In this document: positions 39,501-51,081 of the stretch, piece by piece
Layout of the letters: the number at the start of each line of letters is the position of its first letter
How positions within the stretch are numbered: position 1 is the first letter of the stretch
Assembly (NCBI GenBank): GCA_958009085.1
Contig: OY253671.1
Span: 124,001-188,000, forward strand
Source: Protoeuglena noctilucae
Taxonomy: Eukaryota
Direction: 5' to 3'
DNA: 64,000 bases
Program-made: the position numbers and the translations under genes
Notes under the pieces: generated by a model
Seen by the model: the letters and a program-made list of their open reading frames with translations, nothing else
Database searches by the model: none
Told to the model about the DNA's origin: nothing

Positions 39501-40863
39501 CCGCCCTTGCCTCCGGCGTGGTGGACGTGTGCCTGGTCCCAGAGGTCCCCTTCATCGTGGACGGCCCAGATGGCCTGTATGCATATATCGAGGAGGTGTT
39601 GGAGAAGAAGGGTCACGCCGTCATTTGCGTGGCCGAGGGGGCGGGGCAGGACCTCATACCCACGGAGAGGGACGTGGTGAGTCAATTGGGGGATCTGAAT
39701 TGGGGGATTTGATTGTAAATATCCATGGGATGTGCATGGGATGTGGTGAGTCATTTGGGGCAGGACCTGATACCCACCGAGAGGGACGCGGTGAGGGGGG
39801 ATGGGGAAGGGGGTGGGGAGTGTTGAGTTGCTGTGATTGATGGGGATGCGGTGAGGGGTTGGGATGGGAGAGGGGGGGCAGAGTTGCATGGGGACGAGGG
39901 CGTCGCCAGCCTGCTCCTCTCACCCCTCACCACCATCACCCCGCTGCTCTCACCCCCGCCATCGCCTTCACATTCCACGGCCCCGCTCACCCCCCTCCCC
40001 TCTTGACCACAGCCCCAGGACGAGTTCGGCCGCCCCCTGTTAAAGGACGTGGGTGCCTTCTTGAAGAAGGGCATCAAGAAGCACTTCAAGGGAGACTGCG
40101 ACATCAAGTTCATCGACCCCGCCACCATGATCCGCGCCATCCCCACCACCAGGTGAGCGACGAGCGATACTGTGTGCAGTGCTGGTGGTGGTGGACGGGG
40201 CTAGGGTTGCCATGATCCGAGCCATCCCCACCAGCAGGCGAGAGCGATGCATGGCGCATTGCGAGTTATAGCAACGCAGTTAGCAAAGCGAGTTTTGGTG
40301 AATGGGGATAGGGTTGCCATGATCCGAGCCATCCCCACCACCAGGTGAGAGCGATGCACTGTAAGCGAGTGGGGTGATTGGGGCTAGGGTCTGCATGTGA
40401 CCCCACCCTCTTTACCACCTTCTCCCTGTGTTACACAGCCCCACCAACTTCCCCCGCATCTCTATCAAAACATCCTCGCCCACCACACCCACCCACCCTC
40501 TCTATGCTCCCTCGCAGCGGTGACCGCATCTACTGCAAGATCCTGGCCCACAACGCCGTGCACGGCGCCTTCGCGGGCTACACGGGCGTGAGCGTGGGTC
40601 TCGTCAACACCCACTACGTCTACCTCCCCTTTCCGGTGATAGTCGCCACCTCCCGCCGCGTCGACCCCCGGGGCAAGATGTGGAACCGCCTTCGCCACGC
40701 CATCGGCCAGCCCAACTTCGTGCCCGGCGGGGACTTGGAGAGGCACCTTAAGCAGATCGAGGCGCAGCGGGCCACGCGGCTGCAGACGCTGTCGCCCCAC
40801 CCGGCGATCCGCGAGCACCGGGAGCACCTGCAGGACGACTGGGCGTACACCAACCAGGCGTGA
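36550..40863 (+). CDS. PFK: Plant-type ATP-dependent 6-phosphofructokinase family protein (PFK4/5-like, plastid), with atypical active-site residues
   Basis: RAGARETIFYDP, CPGLNDVV, GGTILGTS, TFGFDTAVEEAQRA, KLMGRQSGFIA, VAEGAGQ, AHNAVHGAFAG. Confidence 0.9.
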
Positions 40864-41198
40864 GATAAGGGAATGGGGTTTGCACTAAGCAGAGGAGTGG
40901 GCTTGCACCGGCCAGGCTTGAGGGAAGGGATGGGTCAAGTCTACACAGACCAGGCCTGAAGCGATGGCTGGGCTTACACGGGCGCCGTGGAGTTTTGCTT
41001 TTGCTTTTGTCGCTGCCTCTGCTGCGCGCTGCTGTGCCCGTGCCCCATACGTCTGCGTCATCACCCCTTGTCTACTACCAGAGACGCTCGCATGCGTCCG
41101 TCGATGCATTTTGAAAAGCCGTGACACCATTTTCTTGTTCAAAAACTTAACAGCCACAGCCACCCCACCATGCCACGCTCAGGTCACCGCTCACGCAA

Positions 41199-43852
41199 TC
41201 ACCCAGGCACCGCCGCTGCCACCCCACCCTCGCCCCCGCCCTCTTCTTCCCCAACCGAATCCTCAGTGTCAGAAAACTCGCTCTCCCCTTCCGCCACCGG
41301 AGCCAGGGTCCCAGGCACAGCCCCCACATCTCCCTTGACGCCCACCCCACCACCCCCATCGCCACCCCCAGCCCCCTTCCCCACCCCCCGCCTCCCCGCC
41401 CCGCGCCCCCCACCCCTCGCCGCCAGCCCCTGAAGCAACGCCCCCCGCGCGTACACCGCCTTGGCCGCCCTAAGCTTGTCCTCCCATCGCTGCACTGTCT
41501 TGGACGCAGGCCCCTGCCTCAGCCCCTCCCCGCCCTCCGCCCTCGCACCCGCACCACCCGCACCGTCGCTCTCGCCCCCCGGGCTCCCCTGCCGCACCAC
41601 CGAGACCCCCGCCTGGGCCAACAGGGCATCCCGCACCCTCAAATCCCCCTCCAGTTCAAACACCCGTGCCTCCAACGCCCTCACGCGGTCCTGGTGGGAC
41701 TCTTTGAAGTTACCCAGGGCGCTCGACCGCACTTTGAGTAGGCGGCGGCACTCGGTCAGCTGCTCTTCCAAAAAGATGACCATGTAGCTGCGGTGGTGGG
41801 GATGTGGGGAGCTGGGTCTCATGTTGCCTTCATTGCTGCCGCTCACCGCAGCAGCTGGGAATGCTAGCGCTTACCGCAGTTGGCTCTCACCCTCCCCTAT
41901 CGCTACCGTGCATGCGAGTGGTCATGCCGCATTCCCACTCACCGCAGTTGGCTCTCGTCCTGCCCCTGCATGCGCGCCTGCTCCTCGGCCACCATCACTT
42001 TGCTCCGCATGGACGAGTTGAGGCGGTTGGCCTTGCGCAACTCCCCCTCCGTCCGTTGCAGCTGCAGAGAAGGACAGGCAGAGGGGTGAGCAAGCGGCTG
42101 GTAAGCACAGAAGCACCGCAACTCCACCTGCCCACAACCGCCACCCCCACACGCACACGCACCCGCACCCACCACTCCCACCTGCACCCCCACCCTCGCT
42201 ACCACCCCCAACCCCCCCCCCCCCCCCCCCCCCCCGCGCGCCGCCCCACCACCCCCACCTGCACTGCCACCTCGTCCCTCTCTCCCTCGACCTTCCTCCT
42301 TTCTTCCTCCAGCCGTTTTATGCGCTGAGCCTGTTGCTGAATCTCAGCCCCCCGCTCCTGCAGCCGCGTCAGCAGCTCCGACACCTCGTCCTGCTTCTCC
42401 TTGGCCGTCCGACGCTGCACCTGACTCAGCTCCCGCACCGCCGCCACCTGCACAGGGGAGGTGTTATGGAACAACGATCGGGTTTGTTCGCGCGGCACAC
42501 GTGTCCTGTCAGCACTCGCCAGAGCTTTTCAGAATGGTCATCACACGTCAACGCACCCTAAGGTGCCAAGTAGCAGCCCTGCTCTGGGCATGCACGCAGC
42601 AGACAGTATGTGCTGACATACTGTCATCTGCATGCTGGTGCCATTACCAACGACACGACAAGACAGCTGCAGTAAACCCACCCCTCACCTCCGTCTTGAG
42701 GTTGGCGATCTCCTGCTGCAGCAGCTCGATCCTCCCACGCACGACGGGGTGCGTGAGCGGGTCGACCCTCGCACCAGGGCTCGCGTGGCGCGCGTCCCGC
42801 CCATGCCCGTCCGCCGCGTCCCGAGAGTGCGTTGTATGCCCCGCGCCGGTCGCAGGGGCGTGCGCGGGGCGGGAGTTGCTGGAACCGGCCCCAAAACCCC
42901 CAGTCATGCCCTCTTGTGCTGAGGCTGCCAACATCGCAGGAGCGCGGCCCGGTGTAAGACCTAGCCCGAGGCTCTTGCGCCTGCAGAGATGGCCGGGTAG
43001 GTGTGTACGGTAAAGCTGAGTTTTTTTTCGAGGTTTGGGACAGCAGGGTGGCGGCAAACACTGGCCAGCACCCTGTCTGGGTGGTGCCACCGTGTTCCCG
43101 CACGAGCATCTCGCCTGGATTTGCCCTTGGCCGGCGCCGTCTGCATCCTGAGGGCGCTCGGGGCCTTCTCAGGGACGCCGCGGGTGCTGCCGAGTGTCGA
43201 CGCCATCGGGTCGAACTCCGGGCGCGGCTCGACGCCTTGCTCCACTGCGCGGGGGCGGATACGACGCATCACCACGTCCGTGATGCTCCTGATGCGTTCC
43301 ATGTAGCGGTAGGCGTCCGCGTAGTTGTTCTTCCTGCGCGGCAGGGAGGCAGCTTTTGATGGAGGGCGCGGAGAACGAGGGGAGGCTGAAGATCGCAGCG
43401 CAGGATCACAGCATGAAGTAATTGATGCAACGGCAATTTCGGCGTGCGAATCCGGGCCCGCGCACCCTAGCATGTCCTGAACAACGATGTCGAAGTGGAC
43501 CATCTCGTCGTCGCTCGTCAGCCGGTCGAACGTCTCCTGCTGGTGCTTGGCGAGAGCGTCGAGAGCCTCGCCGAAGTTGCTCTTCCCGGCGGCCTTCTTC
43601 ATCGCAGCCGCCTGCGCGTGCGCCTCGTAGGTCGACCGCACGCTACGGACCGAGGAGCGCTTCTGGGGCGCCACTGCGGGGATCGCAGGAGTCGCAAGAC
43701 GATGATGTAACCGTTTGGTGCAAATACGAGCGGCACGCGGGCGGAAACCATGCGAGAAAGACCACAGTCGGGCTGGCACATGCCGGGCATGTTCCGCGCG
43801 CACCGGTCGACCCTGCGGTCCTTCCGGACGTGAGGCGCTCGTCGGTCGACAT
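41199..43852 (-). CDS. Hypothetical coiled-coil protein
   Basis: Chain of spliceable exons with heptad-rich peptides (RIELLQQEIANLKTE, LTRLQERGAEIQQQAQRIKRLEEE, VRALEARVFELE). No family recognised. Confidence 0.6.
42212..42235. repeat. Poly-C tract (poly-G on the transcribed strand) in an intron
   Basis: More than 20 consecutive C. Confidence 0.9.
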
Positions 43853-44027
43853 ATTCGTCATCGTTGTACTCAAGCCTACAGGCCTTTCGGCCTAAGCGCC
43901 CTTCAAAGGGCCCTTGAGAAGACTGCAGGTAGGAATGCAGAGATGTAGCGAGGGCGGGATCCAAGGAACACTTGTCCAGGAGACGACAAGCACGAATGCG
44001 GTTCGCGCTGGTGGATCGAGGACATGA

Positions 44028-45509
44028 ATGGCTCCGCCACTTGGCGATGCTAGGGTTGCAGCTGCGTCTGGCGCTGCAGCACAAGGGCAGAGGGCGGTAC
44101 ATTCCGACGGCAACGCGCGAGCAGCTAGTCAAACGTCGCACTCTACGCAGGAGCAGTGCATGGACCTCCCAGCATCACGACCAGTGCAAATCCCACCTCG
44201 GCATCCCGCACGCGGCATCTAAATGAGGTTGTAGGCGTCCTGCGAGGAGCTTGGCGCAGCATCTAGGCCATGGGTGAGATTATGAAGCCGCTGGTGATTA
44301 TGACGTGACTTCTCTGCGTCTCAGACAGCCATCTCAACTGGATGTTCCCGATTGCACGCAGGGGGGCGGTGCGGGAAGGCCGCGGCGGGGCTGACACAGG
44401 ATGAGAAGGAAATGGAAGAAGACTTTTTAGAAGACATGGAGCTGATGGTCGAGGACCTCAAAGACCTCCTCACGGACGTGCTCGAGGCGATTGCGCACCA
44501 CGCATGCCAAAGCGAGCCCGCTTGCCGGCGCGCAACTGAAATCCAGACCACCGAGCCCGCAGGAGAAGGAGGGCCTCCGCCAGAGGCTCGCAGAGTGCGA
44601 GCAGGAGATCCGCGCGCTCGACGGCGTTTTCTCTGGCGGGTTTTTCCTGCTCCGGGGGAGGAGCCCGAACGACAAGATAGCCGCGTATCAAAGAAAGCGG
44701 GACATCGAGGCAGAAATCGACGACAACGCAAAACTCGAGATCGTACTCGGGTGAGGCGCCGGGGCGCGGCGCGGGCCGCGCGGGGGACCCCCGCGGGCGT
44801 GCCTGACTGCTGAGCTCCCCCGCGCGCCGCAGGATCGTCGCCCCGGCCGCGGACCTCTACGTGAGCATCAAGAGGGCGGAGATTGAGGGATTCGAGATGC
44901 GCTCAATGGGCGCCAACAGCACGGCGGTGCTCAATCGCATGGAGGAGTACGGCCTGCCAGGTGCGCTGCTCGAGACGCGGCTCTCCCGCAGCAGGCTGGC
45001 GCTGGCATGCCTGCGCAGACGCGGGCGGATTCGTGCCCTGTCGCCGCAGAGTTGGTCGAGGAGGTGGTGGAGGCAGAGCACGTTCTGGATATGTACGAGC
45101 GCGCCAAGGAGTTTGCCGAGCTGATGGACTCTGCGCACGTGTCGTTCCTGCAGCACGAAATCGACGCGGGACTCTTGAAGAAGGGAAGGAGAAAGCAGGT
45201 CGAGAAGCGCCACAAGAAAATGGTGAGCGACGGGGTTGTTGGGGCAAGCAAGAGTGGCTTGCTTGTGTGTAGAGGGGATGCATGCATTATGCGCTGCGTA
45301 GACACGCTGGTACGTTACGGCAACGAACCAACAGCAGCTGACCGGGGACCTGACGCTCGAGGTCCTTGGCGCCCCCGCAGCTGCGTAAGAGGGAGCGGAA
45401 GCTGCGCAAGCGTGCAGGACGCCAGGACTCCGTCAGAAACCACACGCGGCTGACGGCCATGCAGGCGACAGACGCAGGGGCAGAGTCAGAGGCAGAAGTG
45501 ATGGGATGA
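44028..45509 (+). CDS. Hypothetical helical protein with basic C-terminal patch
   Basis: In-phase exons EKEMEEDFLEDMEL, EKEGLRQRLAECEQEI, ELVEEVVEAEH..KKGRRKQVEKRHKKM-LRKRERKLRKR. Start uncertain. Confidence 0.5.
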
Positions 45510-45758
45510 CACGTGTTTGAGTGTATAGAGCGACTCTTAGCCTTCATAGCACAGCATAGCGCTGGCGTTGCTTGGCTCGCGATGGTGTCTGCCATCCAGC
45601 CCATACGACCGCCCCCATGCTTGTTTATAGGTCGAGCAATAGAGTCAGGTATCGCACTTCACAGCATTGACCCTTCCCACGCATCACTCTCGTTTCAAAC
45701 GACACGGATCACCAGCAGACGGACAGCGTGACGACCATCGACCGTACCCTGCCCCGGC

Positions 45759-48700
45759 CTACCGTTCCCGCGGGCGGAGTGGCGAGCCCTGCCGAGGAGT
45801 GCCAAGCGGCAGCGGCGGCGGCGCGGACCTCGCGGGCAGCGACGTCATCGCACCGGACGCGCCAGGCGCAGTGCTGCTCGCCAGGTTCAGCGGCAGGGGC
45901 GCGTACCCCAGCTGAGACCCTGACCCGGGCAGCGGTGGCGGAGGCCCCAGGTCCGGCAGCCGCGGGAGGGGAATGGGGGGAAGGGACGCGGCCAGATCCG
46001 CGCCGGGGCCGGGCATGGGGGGCAGGGAGGGGAGGGGCGGGAGGCCGGAAATGCCCTGTGGTGCGCGTCCCATTGACGGTGAGCCGAGGGCGGCTGGGAG
46101 CATGGGGAGGTCCGGGAGGGGCGGGAGGGGGGCGGAGGAGCCGGGGAGGGGCAGAGGAGGCGGCGTGGATGAGGCGAGGAGAGGGGACGAGCGCGAGGGG
46201 AGGGGGGGCGGCGACGCGGGACCTGGGGAGAGAGCACGTTCTTCATGATTAGTGGCAATAGTAAGTAAGTTACTCGTTATTGGCAACATGCGATGTGACA
46301 AGCGAGGAAGAGTGAGGGAGGTGGCTTGAAGGGTTTGGGGTAAACGGAGCAGGGCGGTGGGATGACTGAGAGTGGCGAGGCAGGTCGCACCTGATGGCTG
46401 CCCGGCGTTGCGTTGCCCTGCGCGGGACTCCTGGATGCGCCGGTGCCGGTCGGCGGTGGTCATGGCGCGGGGCGGAGATTCGGATGCGCTGGGGTGGGTC
46501 TGCGGTGGGTGAATGGGTGGGACGCTATGGGTCGCTGTCGTGTTATCCTACCTTAGGAGATACGCGGCAAAATGTGCAGCAAGTTGGCATCGATGGAGGT
46601 GGCAAGCTCTATCATTCTTGACGATGGAGCGGGCAGGCAAGTGGAGTTGAGATGAGCGAGGTGACCAAGGCTGCGCAACATCACCAAACCATGTCGCTTA
46701 TGATGCATACACAGCCCCCGCTCTTTGTGCCGCCCTCACCGTCGTCTCCTCCGCCTCTGGCCTCCGCTCCTCCCTCCCTTCCCTCGCCTCGTGGTGACCC
46801 ATGACCTTGGCGCGGGCCCTGGCCAGACGCGCCGCACGCCCGCTCCTGCGACGGACAAGCAGGGGAGAGAGTTGGGCTGGTGCGAACGGGATGCGAGCGG
46901 TGCGGAGAAGAGCGAGACAGTGCCAAAGCTGTGAATGGATCTCGACACAACTTGTGGTGTTAACATCAACGTACATAGTACTTCTTAGGCCAATGTCGAC
47001 ACGCACCTTGCAAACCCCAATCCCTCCTCTCTCCTCCAACACCCCTCTCTCACCTCACAAACCTCAGCCCCTCCGTCTCCGACTCTTCGTCCTCCTGGTC
47101 CCGGGCATACCCACCCGAGAGCACCTTGCCCCCCACCACCGCCGGCACGTCCGACCTCAGCATCGCCGCCCCCGCCCTGCGCTGCACCCTCCGGGCCTCC
47201 GCTTGCTGGAGGGTGTTCACAAGAACAGCGTCCATGTTGGCCGTCATCACGCTCAGCCGCAGCACGATCTTCCCGGCCGGCCGCGTCTCGAGGGTCGTGC
47301 CCAGCAAGCCCCGCCGGCGGAACACTGGGGCATGACGACGGGAGATGGATGTGTGAGGGACTCGGGTGGGGTTGTGCGATCCGACAACCATTGGCATACA
47401 CAGTTCATGCGATGTGATTCGTAAGTCGTTGCCCACACCACGCATGGTCGTCATCGCCCATGCCCACAGCGATGCAAGCACCCCAAACGCACTCGCATGG
47501 ACCAACACACATACCCTTCCCGCCCACAAACACACTCACCGGCCTCTGCGTTGGGAAGCATCGACCCCCCCGCCCCCATCGCCGCCCCCGCCTCTTCCCA
47601 GACCTTTGTGCGGCCATCCCCGGGCGCCCAGCACGCCACGTCCACCACGTGCGTGCCCGCGGAGCACGGCAGCGCGCACATCCCGTAGGCGAAAGGGTAG
47701 TCGGTGACGTCCACCCGCCGCAGTATCGTGAAGGCCAGTTTGGGCCACCCCCCGCACATCGTGTCGGTCGCCAACTCCATGCACACCGGGTGCGCCCACA
47801 CGCTCATCCCCGGGCCGTCCAGTCGCTCGGACGCGATCGCCGCCTGCGTGGTCCCCGCCCCGCGGCCCCTCACCACGCGCCATCGGGACGCGGTGGATGC
47901 GACCCCAGTTCGGCCGTCGTCTGGGCCCTCTCCGGCAGCCCCAGCCGCCTCCGTTTGGCTCCGTGGGCGACTCGAACGCAGAGGGACGCTGGGGCCGGCG
48001 GAGGTGAGCGGCCCGGCGGTGGTGACGGGAGCGGCGGAGGCAGTGGCGGTGAGGCCGGCTGGCGCGGTTGAGATGGCGGTGGACACCTCGGCCGCTTGGG
48101 GCGGCTGCTGCGCGGGGTCGTCCGATCCCAAGTCGTCGAGTGGCTCTGCGGGGACACGAGGGCACCTCGTGCACTGACAAGAGGACCTTGCTTGACAAGC
48201 GACATCACACCATGCCCCCACGTATGCATCCATGCTGAGGTCGGGTCGTCTGCCTGTGCCATCCAATGCAATCCCATGGGAGCATCCAACGGTCTCGGAA
48301 CACGCACCGTCATGAATGGGAGCGGGTAGAATGACCTCGAAGTCCGCCAGAATGGGGACGCCCTCCATCCCAACCGCCTCCATCCCCACCACCTCGCCCA
48401 CCACCATGAGCGCCCCCTCGGGACCCCTTTCCTGCCCTTCCTCCGCCCCTTCCCAGTCTGACGCGCGGCCGGGCTGGGACTGGGCCACGGAGGCCTCGGC
48501 CGCGCTCCTGGAGAGGTGCAGCGGCTTGGGGCGAGCGCGGCCTAGGGGCGATGCATGGCGGGAGGTGCCGGGGGCGTTGGTGGTCTGCGAGGGAGGTCAG
48601 CAACACAGGAGTGCAAGGGTATGTGTCTGTAGCTCTGAAGCTACTTATGCAAGGGCGCAGCGGGATGAGCGAGGGATGAGCGAGGGGCGCGGCAGTCATG

Positions 48701-49475
48701 GGTCGTGGTGGCGTGGTCGGCGGAGGTCAGGCGAGCGCAGACACACGGGGCGTTGCGCCAAGGGGCAGGGGCCTAACGTACTTAACAGCCGAGAGCGGTC
48801 ATGGTTTGTGACCACATCCAAGGCAGCGTGTCCAGCACGCACCTCTGCGAGCGGTGGGGCGCGCTGGGATGGCGGGCCCAGGCGATCTCCTGGCATGGGC
48901 AGCCGCGGGGGCCCCGACCCCATCGCGGCCAGCTCCACGGTACCCCCCGCTTGGGCTCCCCGGAGAGCCTGACTCAGAGCGGACTGCAGTGACAGTACAG
49001 AACGCGGGGTGTGTTGTTATTGTTCATGCACGCGGGAGCATCTGTGCAGAGGTGCCCGTTGTGACGGTGCACCACGACGCACCTCGCCGGGCGCTGGTCC
49101 GAGAGGCATCGTCTCCCCCGGGAGGGGAGGTAGGGGCGGCAAGGAAGGGCTGAGGGTGGCTTGGGCCACGGACAGGGGCGGGAGCGGACCCAAGGGCAGG
49201 GGCAGGCCGCCGTTCCCGGGAAGGGGTGGGAGGGATGCCTGCGCCGACGAGCGAGAGGAAGTCGAGTCAGATGTTCGGGGTCGGCGAAGGAGCGATAAAG
49301 ACAGCAGCGGGGAAGCGCAGTTGCATACGGTACACGAGCGCGCGAATGCGAGACGCTCAGACGCTTCGCTACGCACCAGCATCGGCGGCGCGGAACGCAT
49401 GGGTGCTTGGCCGGCGGACGGGGGCCTGTCCGCCGGCCCGGCGGATGCGAGGGCCGCGGCGAGAGGGGACAACAT
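45759..49475 (-). CDS. B9/C2-domain ciliary transition-zone family protein (B9D2/MKS1-like) with Pro-rich extensions
   Basis: WRVVRGRGAGTTQ, VWAHPV, GWPKLAF, YGMCALPCSAGTHVVDVACWAP and GKIVLRLSV match the B9 pattern. Confidence 0.72.
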
Positions 49476-50033
49476 CGCCCCTGCGTCACGGGCCTCCGCG
49501 CTTGCAAAGCTCAAGGGCTGACGGCGCGCGGGGCGCCCATCCCGACGCGAGACGATGCAATACAGTCGGTGGAGGTTCGCCGCGCAAAATCAGGCGCGAG
49601 GGGGCCACCCAGGGAGCGGCGATATTCAAACCCCTTCTCGCCGACGCCCGGTCCCGCTGCCGCGTCCAGAGAGCTCCTGGGTGCGCTGCTATGTCTGAGA
49701 ATGAGCGTGCCTTAGCGCGGGGCGCGTGAGGAGCGAAAGAGAGCGCGCTGGCCTCAGTAACGCGTCAGACTATGTCAGAGCGGAGAGGGCAGACCAAAAG
49801 ACAGCGCCAGCGGGGCTGCGTCTGCATCATGGCACGATGCTGTGCATCGCGGTAGCTGTCTGGTGACGAAGCCTGTGGAGTTCCTTTCTGAAGAGCACGT
49901 CGCATGTGTAGCACCGTAGCCCCTCTTTCGTGCATGCCAGTCTAAGCGTGCGGGCTAGTTGCAATCGGGAGGGGTACCACCCAGCGCCCTGGCCCCGCGC
50001 CCTGGGCGCTCTGTCGAGGGTTGCGCAGGCTGG

Positions 50034-50694
50034 ATGGCAGGACGCGGCAGCGCCCTCGGCGCGCTATGCGCCCTGTTCCTGGCTCTTCTCCTAGCTCTTG
50101 CCTCTCGCGCCGTTGACGCTCGTGACCTCCCCGTCAGGTGAGGCGCCGACAAAGCCCACAAACGGTGTCGTGGCTTTTCACTGCGTTCCCTGCGCTCTAG
50201 ACGCTGCTTCGCTGTCTTCATCGTGACCCATGTTGTGCTCCCTGCTGACGGGTGGCGCGGCGACTCCCCACGACCTCGGAGCGTCGGTCAATTGTGCCCC
50301 GAATGTCTGCCATCCCTGCCCGCAGTTCGGAGAGGGAACTCCAGTCCCTGACGCAGGGCGGCATCGCGTACTCTCAACAGGCGGTGCTGCAGACGCCCAT
50401 CATGTGTCGCTTGCACGCACGATACCCGGAGCTAGGTGCGGTGCATGCGCACAAGCGAGTGGGAGGCCCGGTGAGGCCCGTTGGCCGCAGGAAGGCCAGC
50501 ATTGATTGAGTTCGCTCCCCTTTGCAGCCACGTTCGTCGAAGTGGACCTGCCCAACCACCAAAGAGTGGAGTGGCGCCCCATTGGCGGCGACCCCCGTCT
50601 CTTTTTCTTCCAGGACGGCAACTACCGGCAGTTCTACTTGGCGAACTCCAGTCGCGCCGAGCTGCTCCAGCTGCTGGCGGACAACGGCCTTTGA
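50034..50694 (+). CDS. Sep15/SelM-family thioredoxin-like secretory protein, Cys homolog (3 exons)
   Basis: Signal peptide, then spliced AVLQTPIMCRLHARYPELATFVEVDLPNHQRVEWRPIGGDPRLFFF..LANSSRAELLQLLADNGL, colinear with the SelM core. Confidence 0.72.
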
Positions 50695-51081
50695 CGGGGA
50701 GCTTTTAGATGCGGGGCGCATTTGTGTGATTTCTATCACAGTTAGAAACTAAATTTGGCTGCTTCCCACGCGGCATATGAATATCACGGTGACAAATCCG
50801 GACTCGTTGGGGCCTCCTCGCCACGCAATCCGCGCAGAGGGTCCAATGCCCTAACACCTGTCGACCCTGTCCGACTGTCGCTAAATGTGGCGTCGCACCT
50901 CTCCAGAGTCTCAGCCATCGGGATCTCCTTGATCAGGTCGTGGTCTGTGCAGGTAGACTTGTCGCCCAGGGTCGGCGACGTGGCGAGGTGTGAGTGCGGA
51001 CGTAGAGAACAGGACTCCCTGGACGCACCTGGGCGAGCAAGCCGCCCTCGCACCCTCAGCTTCGTGCAAGTTGTTCGCGAG

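Noticed and set aside
13915..49475. Functional clustering of splicing (CWC21, CWC24) or ciliary (CFAP100, B9) genes
   Set aside because: Separated by many unrelated genes; consistent with chance.
50692..50752. Sec read-through of the SelM-like terminal TGA
   Set aside because: TGA falls at the domain end rather than the redox motif, and no convincing SECIS follows.
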